Assembly: GCA_963747235.1 (NCBI GenBank)
Contig: CAVVEU010000040.1
Coordinates: 480,001 to 544,000, forward strand
Source: an uncultured Candidatus Rokubacteria bacterium
GTDB taxonomy: Bacteria; Methylomirabilota; Methylomirabilia; Rokubacteriales; CSP1-6
DNA length: 64,000 bases
Reading direction: 5' to 3'
The position numbers and the translations under genes were made by a program. Shown here piece by piece: positions 30,715 to 40,630 of the stretch (positions within the stretch are counted from its first letter, which is position 1; every line of letters begins with the position of its first letter). The notes under the pieces are model-generated. The model worked only from the letters and a program-made list of their open reading frames with translations. It made no database searches and was not told the DNA's origin.

Positions 30715-33174
30715 ATGTCCGATCCGGAGCCGTTCGAGCACTTCGTACAATTCTACGAGGCGGATCCCTCTCTCTACGACTCGCTGGTGACCTTCATCGG
30801 CGGCGGCCTCGCGGCCGGCGAAGCCGGGATCGTGGTCGCCACCCCCGAGCACCGGGACGAGCTCGAGCGGCGCCTGCGCGCGACGGGCATCGACCTGGAC
30901 GCGGCGCGCGCCGCCGGGACCTACGTGACCCTCGACGCCGACGAGACCCTCGCGCGGATCATGGTGGACGGCATGCCGGATCCGCAGCGCTTCGCCGAGG
31001 TGATCGGCGGCGAGCTGACGCGCGCCGCGCGGGGCGGGCGCGGGCTCCGCGTGTTCGGCGAGATGGTCGGCCTGCTGCTCGCGCGCGGCCACGCCTCCGC
31101 CACCATTCGCCTCGAGGAGCTCTGGAACGAGCTGCGACGGACACACGCGTTCCGGCTCTTCTGCGCCTATCCCCTCGACCGGCTCGGAGACCGCGGGCTG
31201 GCGCACCCGATCGCGGAGGTCTGCGCCCGCCACTCCCGCGTCATTCCCGCCGGGAGCCACGCGTCCGACGCCGCCGCCAGCGAGCGGCTGGGCGAGCTCG
31301 AGGCGCAGATCGAGGATCTCCGCCAGCTCCACGAGACCAGCGTGCGCCTGACCAGCCTGCTCGACGTGGAGTCCGTGCTGCGCGAGGTCCTGCGCGCGGC
31401 CATGGCGGTGCAGGCCACCGGGCTCGGCCTGCTCTCCCTCTGCGATCCGGAGCAGGCCGGCCTGCGCCTCGGGGTGCACGCGGGGCTCGACGACGAGTTT
31501 CTCCGGCAGCGTCGCGGCGGTGCCCCCGGGCGGCGGCGCCTGCGGCACCGCCTACGCGGAGCGGCGACGGGTGGTGGTCGAGGACACCGAGGCGGATCCG
31601 ATCTACGCGCCCTATCGCGAGGCGGCCCGCAAGGCCGGCTTCCGCGCCTGCCACAGCACGCCCCTGATCAGCCGGCGCGGTGACATGATCGGCGTGCTGT
31701 CCGTCCTGTTCGTGGAGCCGCATCGGCCGTCGGACCGCGAGACGCGTCTCATGGATCTCTACGCGCGGATCGCGGCCGACTCGATCGAGAATGCCCGGCT
31801 GCACCAGCGCCTGCAGCAGGAGCTCGAAGACCGCCGGCAGTCGCTGACCCGCGAGCACACCGCGCGCGCGGAGGCCGAGACCGCCAACCGGATGAAGGAC
31901 GAGTTCCTGGCCACCGTCTCGCACGAGCTGCGGACGCCGCTCAACGCGATCCTGGGCTGGTCGCACATCCTTGCGCTCGGGCAAGCCCGACGAGGCCACG
32001 GTGGCCCGGGGCGTCGAGGTGATCGAGCGCAATGCCCAGACCCAGGCCCAGCTCATCGAGGACATCCTCGACGCCTCGCGCGTGATCACCGGCAGCCTGC
32101 GCCTCAACCGCGGCCCGGTGGACCTGGCCACCGTGATCAATGCCGCGGCCGACTCGGTGCGGCTGGGCGCGGAGGCCAAGGGCATCCAGCTCGCGGTGAT
32201 CCTCGATCCCGCCGCGCGCCACCTCACCGGCGACGCAAGCCGTCTCCAGCAGGTGGTCTGGAACCTGCTCGCGAACGCCATCAAGTTCACCGCCGCCGGC
32301 GGCCGGGTGGAGGTGCGGCTCGAGCGGGCGGGCGGCCAGGCCCAGATCACGGTCACCGATACCGGGGAAGGCGTCGCGGCCGAGTTCCTCCCCTTCATCT
32401 TCGACCGCTTCCGCCAGGCCGACGCGACCATCACGCGGCGCCACGGTGGCCTGGGCCTGGGCCTCGCCATCGTCCGCAACCTCGTCGAGCTGCACGAGGG
32501 CAGCGTCCAGGCCGAGAGCGCGGGCGAGGGCTACGGCGCCTCGTTCATCGTGCGGCTGCCCCTGGCCGAGACGGTCGAGGGCGCGCGGACCGGTCGCCGC
32601 CGCCGCCGACGGCAATCGGCCGGCCCTGCAGGGGACGCAGATCCTGGTGGTGGACGACGACCAGGACGCGCTCGACATGCTCACGGTCGTGCTCACCGAG
32701 GCGGGCGCGGCGGTGCGCACCGCCGCCTCCGCGACGGAGGCGCTGGCCCTGCTGCGCTGGATCCGGCCGGACGTGCTGGTCTCGGACCTCGCGATGCCCG
32801 ACGAGGACGGGTACTCCCTGATCCGCAACCTCCGGGCGATCGAGCGCGCGAGCGGGCGCGAGACCCCCGCGGTGGCCCTCACCGCCTATGTGCGCGTCCA
32901 GGACCGCGCCCGCGCGGAGGCCGCCGGCTTCAACGTGTTCGTGGAGAAGCCGGTGGATCCCGAGGAGCTGATCGCGGTTCTCGCGGGGATCGCCGAGTCG
33001 CGCGGGGGGAAGTCGCCGCGGGCCCCGACGAGCGGCCTCGCCCTCGGCCACGAGCTGAGCCGCGGGCCAGCCTGCCCGAGGGCATCCGGGCAGGTCGGCC
33101 GCCGTCACTCCGTAGACGCTACAGCATCTCCTTGCGGGCCTGCTTGGCCCGCGCCGCGCCGATGGCGGTCTTGA
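30715..33174 (+). CDS. Hybrid histidine kinase MEDS-GAF-HisKA-HATPase-REC (frameshifts ~31510, ~31970, ~32590)
   Basis: HFVQFYE...RVFGEMV...LEELWN...LFCAY (MEDS); GAF ACHSTPL; [15 protein letters not shown]; NAIKFT; [11 protein letters not shown]. Confidence 0.87.
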
Positions 33175-33712
33175 CCTCGCGCTCCTCCTCGGGCGGCGGC
33201 AGCACCGCCGGGAGGCCGAGCGACGCGATCCACAGCTCCCGCGTCCATCCCTGCGTGTGGTAGAGGTGCTCGTCCTCGTCCTCCTCCACGTCTTCCACCG
33301 CCTGCTTGAGCGCCTTGCCCTTCTCCCCCTTGACCGCGTCGGAGGCCTGGTGGAGCAGCTCCCAGTTCAGGTGGTCCTTCGTCTCCGCCTCCACCACGCA
33401 CTCGGCGGCCACGAGCTGCGCGGCCTCCGGATTGCCGGACTCGAGCGCCATCTCCATCGCCCGCACCAGCGACTCCCCGATGTGGCGCACCACCCGGCGG
33501 CCCGGCGTGTCCGCTTCGGGATCGAGCTCGAACGCCTCGAACACCCGCAGCACGCTCCGCTCGTGCCGGCGGGTCTGCTCCAGATACTCCTGCCACTCCT
33601 CCTTCAGCTCCTCGTTGACGACGCAGCGCAGCGCCGTCTCGTACACCTGGATCCCGCCCTGCTCCGTCTCCAGGGCCTGGTACAGCAACTCGTTGAGCTG
33701 TTCGGTCTTCAT
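33119..33712 (-). CDS. Ferritin-like (DUF892-like) stress protein
   Basis: LYQALETEQGG, EQTRRHE, AETKDHLNW, EEDEDEHLYH di-metal motifs. Confidence 0.85.
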   Translation of the reverse strand: MKTEQLNELLYQALETEQGGIQVYETALRCVVNEELKEEWQEYLEQTRRHERSVLRVFEAFELDPEADTPGRRVVRHIGESLVRAMEMALESGNPEAAQLVAAECVVEAETKDHLNWELLHQASDAVKGEKGKALKQAVEDVEEDEDEHLYHTQGWTRELWIASLGLPAVLPPPEEEREVKTAIGAARAKQARKEML

Positions 33713-33772
33713 GACGATGCTTCGTCGTCTCCCTGACGGGCGGTACGTGGTTTCGTCGCTGGAATACGGCGT

Positions 33773-34227
33773 CTATCCCCGGCGCCCGGCCTTCTCCGTC
33801 TTGCTTCGCGCATCTCCCGGCCCGCCTCCTCGAGGCGCGCCCGGTCCCAGAGCTGGCCGATCCGCGGGAAGATGTCCTGCTCCTCCTGCCGGATGTGATT
33901 CTCGAGCGCGGCCTTGATCTGCCGCACGGTGGCCAGCCAGCGCCCGTCGTGCGGGTCGAGGCCCTCGGTCTCCTTGATCAGGCCCTCGACCTCGTACACC
34001 TCGTCCTGATGGCGGTCCGACACCCACTCGGACAGCGCGCGATCCGACGCGCCGTCCCGGGCGAGCGGCCCGTAGAGGCACTGCTCCTCGATCTTCTCGT
34101 GGGCCTTCAACTCCGGCTTCAGCTCGCTCCAGAGCGCGCCCCGCGCCTCGGGCGCGGCGGCCACCAGCGTCTCGAACGCGCGCTTCGCCTTCTGGTGCTC
34201 CCGCTGGAGAAACTCGATCGCGTCCAT
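33773..34227 (-). CDS. Hemerythrin-domain protein (C-terminus uncertain)
   Basis: MDAIEFLQREH, HEKIEEQCLY, HIRQEEQDIFP. Confidence 0.85.
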
Positions 34228-34393
34228 GGCGGTCTCCTTTTCGGAGAGAAGCCAAAGCATTTCGCGTGCTAGATGCGCGGGTGGCGGAGGAGGCCGTTGC
34301 GCGGCCGGATGAGGGCCGCGCCCGGCTCCGGAGCGGTAACGCTTACCGGGAAGGAGCGAGGGCCCGGGAAGGTCTTACTACGCGAACTTCGGA

Positions 34394-35225
34394 TCATGGC
34401 TGGTCCTTTCGGGTCGCGAGCGGCGGATCGACGCGCCCGCCCAGGAGGGCCGAGATGGCGCGCGCGGTGGCCCGCACCTCCGCGGCGAGCGCCTTGAGCC
34501 GCGGGCGGACGCGATCGGTGGGCCCGCCGATCGCGCAGGCGCCGGCCACGCGGCCGTCGCGGTCGAAGATGGGCGCCGCGATGCCCGCCGCGCCCAGCGC
34601 CAGCTCGTCGAGGTTCACGCAGACCCCGGTCTGGCGCACGTCCTCGAGCGCGGCGCGCAGCGCGGGCAGGCTCGTCACGGTGCGGTCGGTGTAGCGCTTG
34701 AGCGGAAGCGCGCGGAGGATCCGCTCGCGCTCCGGAGCCGGGCAGGAAGGCCAGGATCACCTTGCCGCTCGAGGTGGCGTGGAGCGCCCGCCGATCGCCC
34801 ACCCCCGCGGCGTAGCGGATGACCTGCTCGCTCTCGACCTTGTCCACGAAGACCACCGCGGTGCCGTCGCCGCCGAGGGCCCCGAGGAAGACGGTCTCCC
34901 CGGTGCGCTGCATCAGCGCCCGCAGCGCGGGCCGCGCGATCTCCGGCCACGCGCGGTGGGCGGGCGAGCCCATTCCCTGCTCGAGCGCCTTCGGGCCGAG
35001 CCGGTACTCGCCGAGCTGCCCCTGCTCGAGATAGCCCCGGGCGGTCAGGGTGCGCAGCAGCGGGAGCAGGCTGCTCTTCGGCGCCTCGAGCTGCGCGCTC
35101 AGCTCGCGCAGGGCCAGCCCCTCGCGGGTGCGGACAACGAGTTCGAGGATGTCCATCACGCGCCCGGCCGCGCGATGGGCGCCGGTGGCCGCGCCGTGAC
35201 GCTCGCGGACCGCGCCGGTGGTCAC
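34394..35225 (-). CDS. IclR family transcriptional regulator (frameshift ~34740)
   Basis: HTH ELSAQLEAPKSSLLPLLRTL; TGETVFL, HATSSGKVILA, GIAAPIFD. Confidence 0.88.
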
Positions 35226-36424
35226 GCGCGCCCCGCCGGCACCTCGAAGCCGAAGAAGCGCGCCGCGTTGAGCCCGAGCACGTTGGCCCGCGCGGTCTCC
35301 GACAGGTGACCCATGGTGCGCTCGATCGCCTGAGCCGAATGCGGCCAGGTGCCCTCGTGGTGCGGGTAGTCGTTGCCCCACATGAAGCGGTCGGCCAGGC
35401 GCATGGGCTCGGCGAGCGCGAGCCCGGCCGGGTCCTCCTGGAACGACGCCCAGCAGTGCTCCCGGTAATACTCGCTCGGCAGGCGCTTGAGCTTCGGCCG
35501 CACCCAGAAGTGGTGCTTCTTGTAGGCCTCGTCCATCGCGCCCAGGAACCAGGCGATCCAGCCGATACCCGCCTCGATGGTCGCCGCGCGCAGGCGCGGG
35601 AACCGCTCGAACACGCCGGAGGCGCAGAGGTTGGCCACCGGCTCGATGGTGGGCGAGAGCGAGTGCGAGACGTAGTTGATCACCGCGCCGCCGTTGCCGC
35701 GCGCGGCGCGCGGGTCGCGCCCGGTCGAGACGTGGAAGGTCACCGGCAGGTTCACGTCCTGGATCACGCTCCAGAGCGGGTCGAACATCGGCAGGTTGTA
35801 GTTCGGGTGATCCACGTCGTGCCCGCCCCAGATCGGCTTGCACGGCAGCGTGAGCACGCGGAAGCCGAGCTTCGCCACGCGCTTCACCTCGGCGATGGAG
35901 CCCTCCAGATCGCCGGTGGCCAGCGCGGCCGCCGGAGCCATGCGGTCGCGGAAGGGGCCGAAGGTCTCGTGCGCCCAGTCGTTGTAGACGCGGCACTGGG
36001 CCATGGCGAAGACGGAATCGGGCGTGGCCCACATCGCGAGGCCCTTGTTGGGGAAGATCACCTCGATGTCGATGCCGTCCCGGTCCATGTCGGCCAGGCG
36101 CTCCACCGGATCGGCGCCCACCCGCTGGCGGAGCCCGTCCTCGCCCTCGAGGGCGTCGGTGCGCAGGCGGTCCGGCCGGTGGCCCTCGGAGACGCGCCAC
36201 TTCACACCGTTCTCGTCGGTGATCACCTTGGGCACGCGCGCCCGGTACTTCTCCTCGATCCGCGTCGCCCAGAGGTCGTGGGGCTCGTTGGCGTGGCAGT
36301 CCGCCGAGACCATGAAGTACTTCCGCGGATCGTCGGGGCGGGCGCTGCGGGGCCAGCCCGCGTGCCCGGGCGTCGTGAGCCGCCACTGGTTGGGCTCGTT
36401 GACCACGATGTCGGTGGGCGTCAT
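35222..36424 (-). CDS. Amidohydrolase_2 family protein
   Basis: SADCH, DMDRDGID, YNDW, FHV, EAGIGW, WGNDYPHHEGTWP. Confidence 0.9.
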   Translation of the reverse strand: MTPTDIVVNEPNQWRLTTPGHAGWPRSARPDDPRKYFMVSADCHANEPHDLWATRIEEKYRARVPKVITDENGVKWRVSEGHRPDRLRTDALEGEDGLRQRVGADPVERLADMDRDGIDIEVIFPNKGLAMWATPDSVFAMAQCRVYNDWAHETFGPFRDRMAPAAALATGDLEGSIAEVKRVAKLGFRVLTLPCKPIWGGHDVDHPNYNLPMFDPLWSVIQDVNLPVTFHVSTGRDPRAARGNGGAVINYVSHSLSPTIEPVANLCASGVFERFPRLRAATIEAGIGWIAWFLGAMDEAYKKHHFWVRPKLKRLPSEYYREHCWASFQEDPAGLALAEPMRLADRFMWGNDYPHHEGTWPHSAQAIERTMGHLSETARANVLGLNAARFFGFEVPAGRA

Positions 36425-36867
36425 GGCGTCATCCTCCACTGGACGAGCGTGAACGGCGGCGTGGCCTCGTCGTGCGGCTCGAACACCGCCTCGACCGGCC
36501 CGCCGATCTGGACTGCTTGCCGGGGATCTCCGAGCAGGTTGCCGAGCATCCGCACGCCGCCCGCGTCGGGCAGCTCCACCAGCACCACGATGTACGGCCC
36601 GTGATCCTTCAAGGCCGGGTGCACCGGATGCCAGGCGCGCTCCCACGAATAGATGCGGCCGCGCGGGGCCACCGTCACCCATTCGAGATCGAAGGCGAGA
36701 CAGCGATGGCAGATCCACTCCGGCCCCCACTGCCAGCCGTGGCAGGCGCGGCAGCGCTGGATCCGCAGCTCCCCCGCCCGCGTGCCCTCCCAGTACGGCC
36801 GGTCGAGGCCGTCGGGCTCGGCGACGGGGCGCGGCATCCCCGCGGGCAGATAGCTGGTCGCGCTCAC
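36421..36867 (-). CDS. DUF35 Zn-ribbon + OB-fold protein (thiolase partner)
   Basis: PYWEG..QRCRAC..ICHRC, GRIYSW, PYIVVLVEL. Confidence 0.9.
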   Translation of the reverse strand: MSATSYLPAGMPRPVAEPDGLDRPYWEGTRAGELRIQRCRACHGWQWGPEWICHRCLAFDLEWVTVAPRGRIYSWERAWHPVHPALKDHGPYIVVLVELPDAGGVRMLGNLLGDPRQAVQIGGPVEAVFEPHDEATPPFTLVQWRMTP

Positions 36868-38048
36868 CGGATTGCCTCCGTGCCCAGCAGCATGCTGGAG
36901 ACCGGCGTCACCATCGGGCCGGAGATGACCAGCGCGGTCCGCGCCCCCGGCACCTGGTTGGGCGACTCGCCGCGGAGCTGGCGCACCGCCTCGATCTGCA
37001 GCTCGAGCCCGTGCATGTAGCACTCGGCGAGATTGCCGCCGCTGGTGTTCAGCGGCAGCCGGCCGGCGGGCGCGATCAGGTTCTCCGGCGTGAGGAAGTC
37101 GTTGGCCTCCTCGGGCGCGAAGAAGCCGTGCTCCACCAGGCTCATGAGCACGCCGCCGGTGAAGTTCTCGTAGCTCTGGACCACGTCCACGTCCTTCGGC
37201 CCCAGGCCCGCCATCTCCCAGAGATGCGGCGCCACCGTGGTGAAGCTCGAGCTGGCGTAGACCGGCGCGTTGTGGCCGCGCGCCGCGTTGCGGTGCTCGG
37301 AGCCCTGCGCGACACCCAGGACGTACGCGGGAGGCCGGCGCAGGTCGCGCCCACGCTCCGCGGAGACCAGCACGAGCGCGGCGGCGCCGTCGTTCTCCAT
37401 GCAGCAGTCGAAGAGGCGGAAGGGCTCGACGATCCAGCGCGAGGCGTCGTAGGCCTCCGCGGTCAGCGGCCGCCCGTGCATGACCGCTCTGGGGTTGGCC
37501 TGCGCATGATGGTAGGAGGCCAGCGCGATCGCCCGCTGCGCCTCCTGGCGCACCCCGTGATCGTGCATGAAGCGCATCACGCGCATCGCGAAGCGCTGCG
37601 CGGGCGAGATGAGCCCGTACGGGAAGGTGAGCGCGGCCTCGCCGCTGACGGTGCCGCCGGGCGGGGCGGCGCCGAAGCGCTGGAACTGGCCCTGGGCGAG
37701 CGCGCGGAAGACCACGACGCAATCGGCGTACCCCGCGGCCACCGCGGCCGCCGCGTTGCCCACCGCCGCCGAGCCCCCGCCCCCGCCGCCGCCCCACTGC
37801 ATGTTCGAGAAGCGCAGCTCGGGCAGGCCGAGGGCGGCGGCCAGCCGCGAGGGATCGTTGCGGTCGTTGCTGTAGGAGGCGAAGCCGTCCACCTGCCTCG
37901 GGTCGATCCCCGCGTCCTCGCAGGCTCGGAGGATGGCCTGGAGCGCCAGGGCGAACTCGGACTCGGGCGCCCGGCCGTGCTTGTAGTAGGTCGTCTCCCC
38001 CACCCCGACGACCGCGACCTGCCCTCGGATGGTCCGCTCCCGGGTCAT
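36864..38048 (-). CDS. Thiolase-like protein (SCP-x/Ltp2 type)
   Basis: VAVVGVGET, NPRA, DCCMENDGAAA, YENFT, NTSGGNLAECYMHG, EAVRQLRG. Confidence 0.88.
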   Translation of the reverse strand: MTRERTIRGQVAVVGVGETTYYKHGRAPESEFALALQAILRACEDAGIDPRQVDGFASYSNDRNDPSRLAAALGLPELRFSNMQWGGGGGGGSAAVGNAAAAVAAGYADCVVVFRALAQGQFQRFGAAPPGGTVSGEAALTFPYGLISPAQRFAMRVMRFMHDHGVRQEAQRAIALASYHHAQANPRAVMHGRPLTAEAYDASRWIVEPFRLFDCCMENDGAAALVLVSAERGRDLRRPPAYVLGVAQGSEHRNAARGHNAPVYASSSFTTVAPHLWEMAGLGPKDVDVVQSYENFTGGVLMSLVEHGFFAPEEANDFLTPENLIAPAGRLPLNTSGGNLAECYMHGLELQIEAVRQLRGESPNQVPGARTALVISGPMVTPVSSMLLGTEAIR

Positions 38049-38094
38049 TTCCCCTGGCCCTCCGCGCTCCGGCTGGAGTCGCCCATTCACATTA

Positions 38095-38116
38095 CCGAAT
38101 ACCATTCCGCATTCGG
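38095..38116. promoter_or_regulatory. Inverted repeat upstream of thiolase operon (possible IclR operator)
   Basis: CCGAAT-N10-ATTCGG in an AT-richer promoter region. Confidence 0.35.
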
Positions 38117-38173
38117 CACGAGCACCTTAGTCGAGGCGCCCCGGCTTGTCACGCCCGATCTGCGGGCGCGCCC

Positions 38174-38608
38174 TCAGTGCGGCGAGCCCGAGGACACGGG
38201 CAGGAACGGCTCGTGCGCGCGGACCCACGGCACGTCCAGGCGACGGAGCAGCCGCTCGACGACGGGCTCGTCGGGCACGAGCAGGCGGCCGCCGGCCACC
38301 GCGAGGGCAGCATGGAGCCGGCCGACCTCGAGCGCCACGCGCAGCCCCTCGCGCGGGGTCCGCGGCGTGATCGCCAGCAGCGCCTCGGGCGCGGCCTCCA
38401 CCGTCACGTACCACCCGGGCCCCACGTGCAGCACGCGGCCGGGCACGAGCACGTCGCCCGCGGGGAGCGCGAGCGTGAAGACGCGCCCGGCCCGCGTGAC
38501 CACGCGGCGCCGGGCGCGCCGGCGCTCCTGCGCGGTCAGCTCGACCGCGTCCGCCTCGAGCCCGGCCAGCTCCCGCGCGTCGGGCGCGGGAGGCAGGGCC
38601 GCGATCAG
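38174..38608 (-). CDS. UreE-like metallochaperone
   Basis: ERRRARRRVVTRAGRVFTLALP, VTVEAAPEALL, ALEVGRLH (cf. GNRH), VERLLRRLDVPW, PFLP; start probably CTG overlapping upstream stop. Confidence 0.72.
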   Translation of the reverse strand: MIAALPPAPDARELAGLEADAVELTAQERRRARRRVVTRAGRVFTLALPAGDVLVPGRVLHVGPGWYVTVEAAPEALLAITPRTPREGLRVALEVGRLHAALAVAGGRLLVPDEPVVERLLRRLDVPWVRAHEPFLPVSSGSPH

Positions 38609-39303
38609 GATCGCGTCTCCCGCGCCGATTCGAGATGCTCCCGCCAGTAGTGATGCGTCTTCGCCACCACCGTGATCACGCTCTTGACCTGGTCCTCGAG
38701 GGCGAACCCCGGGCCGGCCGGCACGAGGAGCCGCGGGCCCTCCATCCGCGCGTCCACGTTCTCCAGGATGATGGTGGCGCAGAGCCAGGCCGCCATGCGC
38801 GGGCTCGCGCACGTGATCGCGATCCACCCCGGCTCGGCCGGCCCCGCCGGCTCGGTCGCGAGCCCGGTCGTCTCCTCGATCCCGCGCCGGAGCTCGGCCG
38901 AGATCTCGGGCGTCGACGCGGCGGCGCGATCTCCGATCGCGGGGCCGCGCAGCGCCTGGAGCGCGCCGCGCTGCGGCGGGCCGCCGTGGAGCGCCAGATC
39001 GCAGAACGTGGTCCACATCGCGCCCCAGTCCGGCCGCCCGTCGCGGCGCCAGACGAACGGGGCCGACGCCATCGCGTCCGGATCCGGCGCCTCAACGTCG
39101 CGGATCTGACCGGGGCCGCGGCGGAGCACGGGCTGGACCGCGTCCAGCGTCTCGATGGGCACCGCGGCCAGCGTCACCGGCATCCCCGCGCGCTGGGCGA
39201 GCGCCGCGGCCGCGTCATCGCAGGCGGCCCGCGCGCCGGCGGGCACGCTCGCATCCACGATCAGCACGATGCGGCCCGCGATGTCGTCCATCTGATCCGC
39301 CAT
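38605..39303 (-). CDS. Hypothetical protein with FCDLALHGGPP and KTHHYW motifs
   Basis: 232-aa ORF coupled to the UreE-like gene; globular, aromatic-rich sequence. Confidence 0.75.
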   Translation of the reverse strand: MADQMDDIAGRIVLIVDASVPAGARAACDDAAAALAQRAGMPVTLAAVPIETLDAVQPVLRRGPGQIRDVEAPDPDAMASAPFVWRRDGRPDWGAMWTTFCDLALHGGPPQRGALQALRGPAIGDRAAASTPEISAELRRGIEETTGLATEPAGPAEPGWIAITCASPRMAAWLCATIILENVDARMEGPRLLVPAGPGFALEDQVKSVITVVAKTHHYWREHLESARETRS

Positions 39304-39348
39304 GTGCGCGGATCATAGCATCGCCCGCGACGCGCGCCGCGCCGCCCG

Positions 39349-40146
39349 CTACGGGAGGAGCGCGAGCTGGCGGGACTGGGCCACGAGGGCGCCGGTCGAG
39401 TCCCAGATCTCGAAATCTTCCTCGTGGTAGCCGCCGATGACGAAGCGGGTGGCGACGCGGCACGCGAGCCAGCCCGGCGCCGGGTGGCCCCGCAGGTGCA
39501 CGGTCAGCTCGATCGTCGCGGAGGCGGTCTCGCCGAGCTCGAGCACGGGCGGCGCGGCCGCGTCCACCAGCGAGGCCAGGCTCAGCAGATCGGGCTCGCG
39601 CCCGTCGCGATACCGCATCCAGAACTCCTGGCTCGGCCGCCCACTCGGCTTGCCCTGTGCCCAGCCCGGCCACGCCGCGGCGCGATACTCCACGCGCTGG
39701 GCGATCGAGAGCTCGGGGATGACGCGACCGCCCATGAGGTCCAGCGCCTGATCCGGCGGCGGCAGCTCCGGCCGGGCCGCGAGCACCACCGTGCGGCCCG
39801 CCGCCTGGCGCAGATCCGAGAAGGCCGCCGTCACGCGCACGGACTCCTTGCCGTCCTGGTAGAGCGTCGCCTCGCCGGTGGCGATGCGGCGCCCGCTCCG
39901 GATGACCGCGGTCCGCACCTCGGCGGGACCCGGCAACACCGGGCGCAGGAAGAACGCCGAGACCACGAGCGGATCGGGCGCCGGCATGACGCGCGTGAGG
40001 GCCTGGAGACACACGCCCATGACGTAGCCGCCGTTGGGCCGCCCGCCCAGCACGTTCCAGCGGTCCGTGATGGCCGCCGCGAACCGGTGGTCCGCGACGG
40101 CCTCCACCGCGGTGTCGACGTCGAACTCGTGGAGCGCCGCGCTCAC
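39349..40146 (-). CDS. Acyl-CoA thioesterase family (double hot-dog, TesB-like)
   Basis: PNGGY, FLRP, RSGR, TIELTVH, EEDFEIWDSTGALVAQSRQ. Confidence 0.88.
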   Translation of the reverse strand: MSAALHEFDVDTAVEAVADHRFAAAITDRWNVLGGRPNGGYVMGVCLQALTRVMPAPDPLVVSAFFLRPVLPGPAEVRTAVIRSGRRIATGEATLYQDGKESVRVTAAFSDLRQAAGRTVVLAARPELPPPDQALDLMGGRVIPELSIAQRVEYRAAAWPGWAQGKPSGRPSQEFWMRYRDGREPDLLSLASLVDAAAPPVLELGETASATIELTVHLRGHPAPGWLACRVATRFVIGGYHEEDFEIWDSTGALVAQSRQLALLP

Positions 40147-40454
40147 CCCGCCATCTCGCGCAGCCGCGTGAGTCCGACGACTTCGAGCAGCGTGAACAGT
40201 AGCACCGCGGCGGCCACCGCGGCCACCGCCTCGACCCGGCTGACCGTGACGCGCGCGGCGTTGTACAGCAGGGCGCCCGCGTAGACCACCAGGAGGGCGC
40301 CGACCACCCGCGCGATGCCCGGACCGGCCAGGCCCATGAGCGCGGAGATGTGCCGGGCGGCGGCCAGCAGCAGGATCCCGCACAGACCCGAGGCGATACC
40401 GTCGAGCTGGAGACTCCGGCGGAGAAATGTCGTGCGGTCCGTGGGCGCGCTCAT
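40143..40454 (-). CDS. Small integral membrane hypothetical protein
   Basis: FLRRSLQLDGIASG plus three hydrophobic segments; GAGGAG RBS. Confidence 0.7.
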   Translation of the reverse strand: MSAPTDRTTFLRRSLQLDGIASGLCGILLLAAARHISALMGLAGPGIARVVGALLVVYAGALLYNAARVTVSRVEAVAAVAAAVLLFTLLEVVGLTRLREMAG

Positions 40455-40578
40455 CGGGGCTCTCCTCGGGTCGGGGTAGTGTACTTCGCTTCGGGCAAGC
40501 CGGTCGCGCGAGGCATCTGCCGCTCCGTCACCGTTGCGTTGACCATGCTGATCTCCTCGCGGGACGGGCATGGCCGCA

Positions 40579-40595
40579 ATTACCCGGGAGGTAAT
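40579..40595. promoter_or_regulatory. Palindromic operator-like site between divergent genes
   Basis: ATTACC-CGGGA-GGTAAT. Confidence 0.45.
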
Positions 40596-40630
40596 GCCCG
40601 ACTTCAGCGCGGGTGTAGGCTCTAGTCATC

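Noticed and set aside
34255-34272. Sigma-54-like motif upstream of the hemerythrin gene (TAGCACGCGAAATGCT, minus strand)
   Set aside because: Lacks the invariant GG at -24; too weak to call
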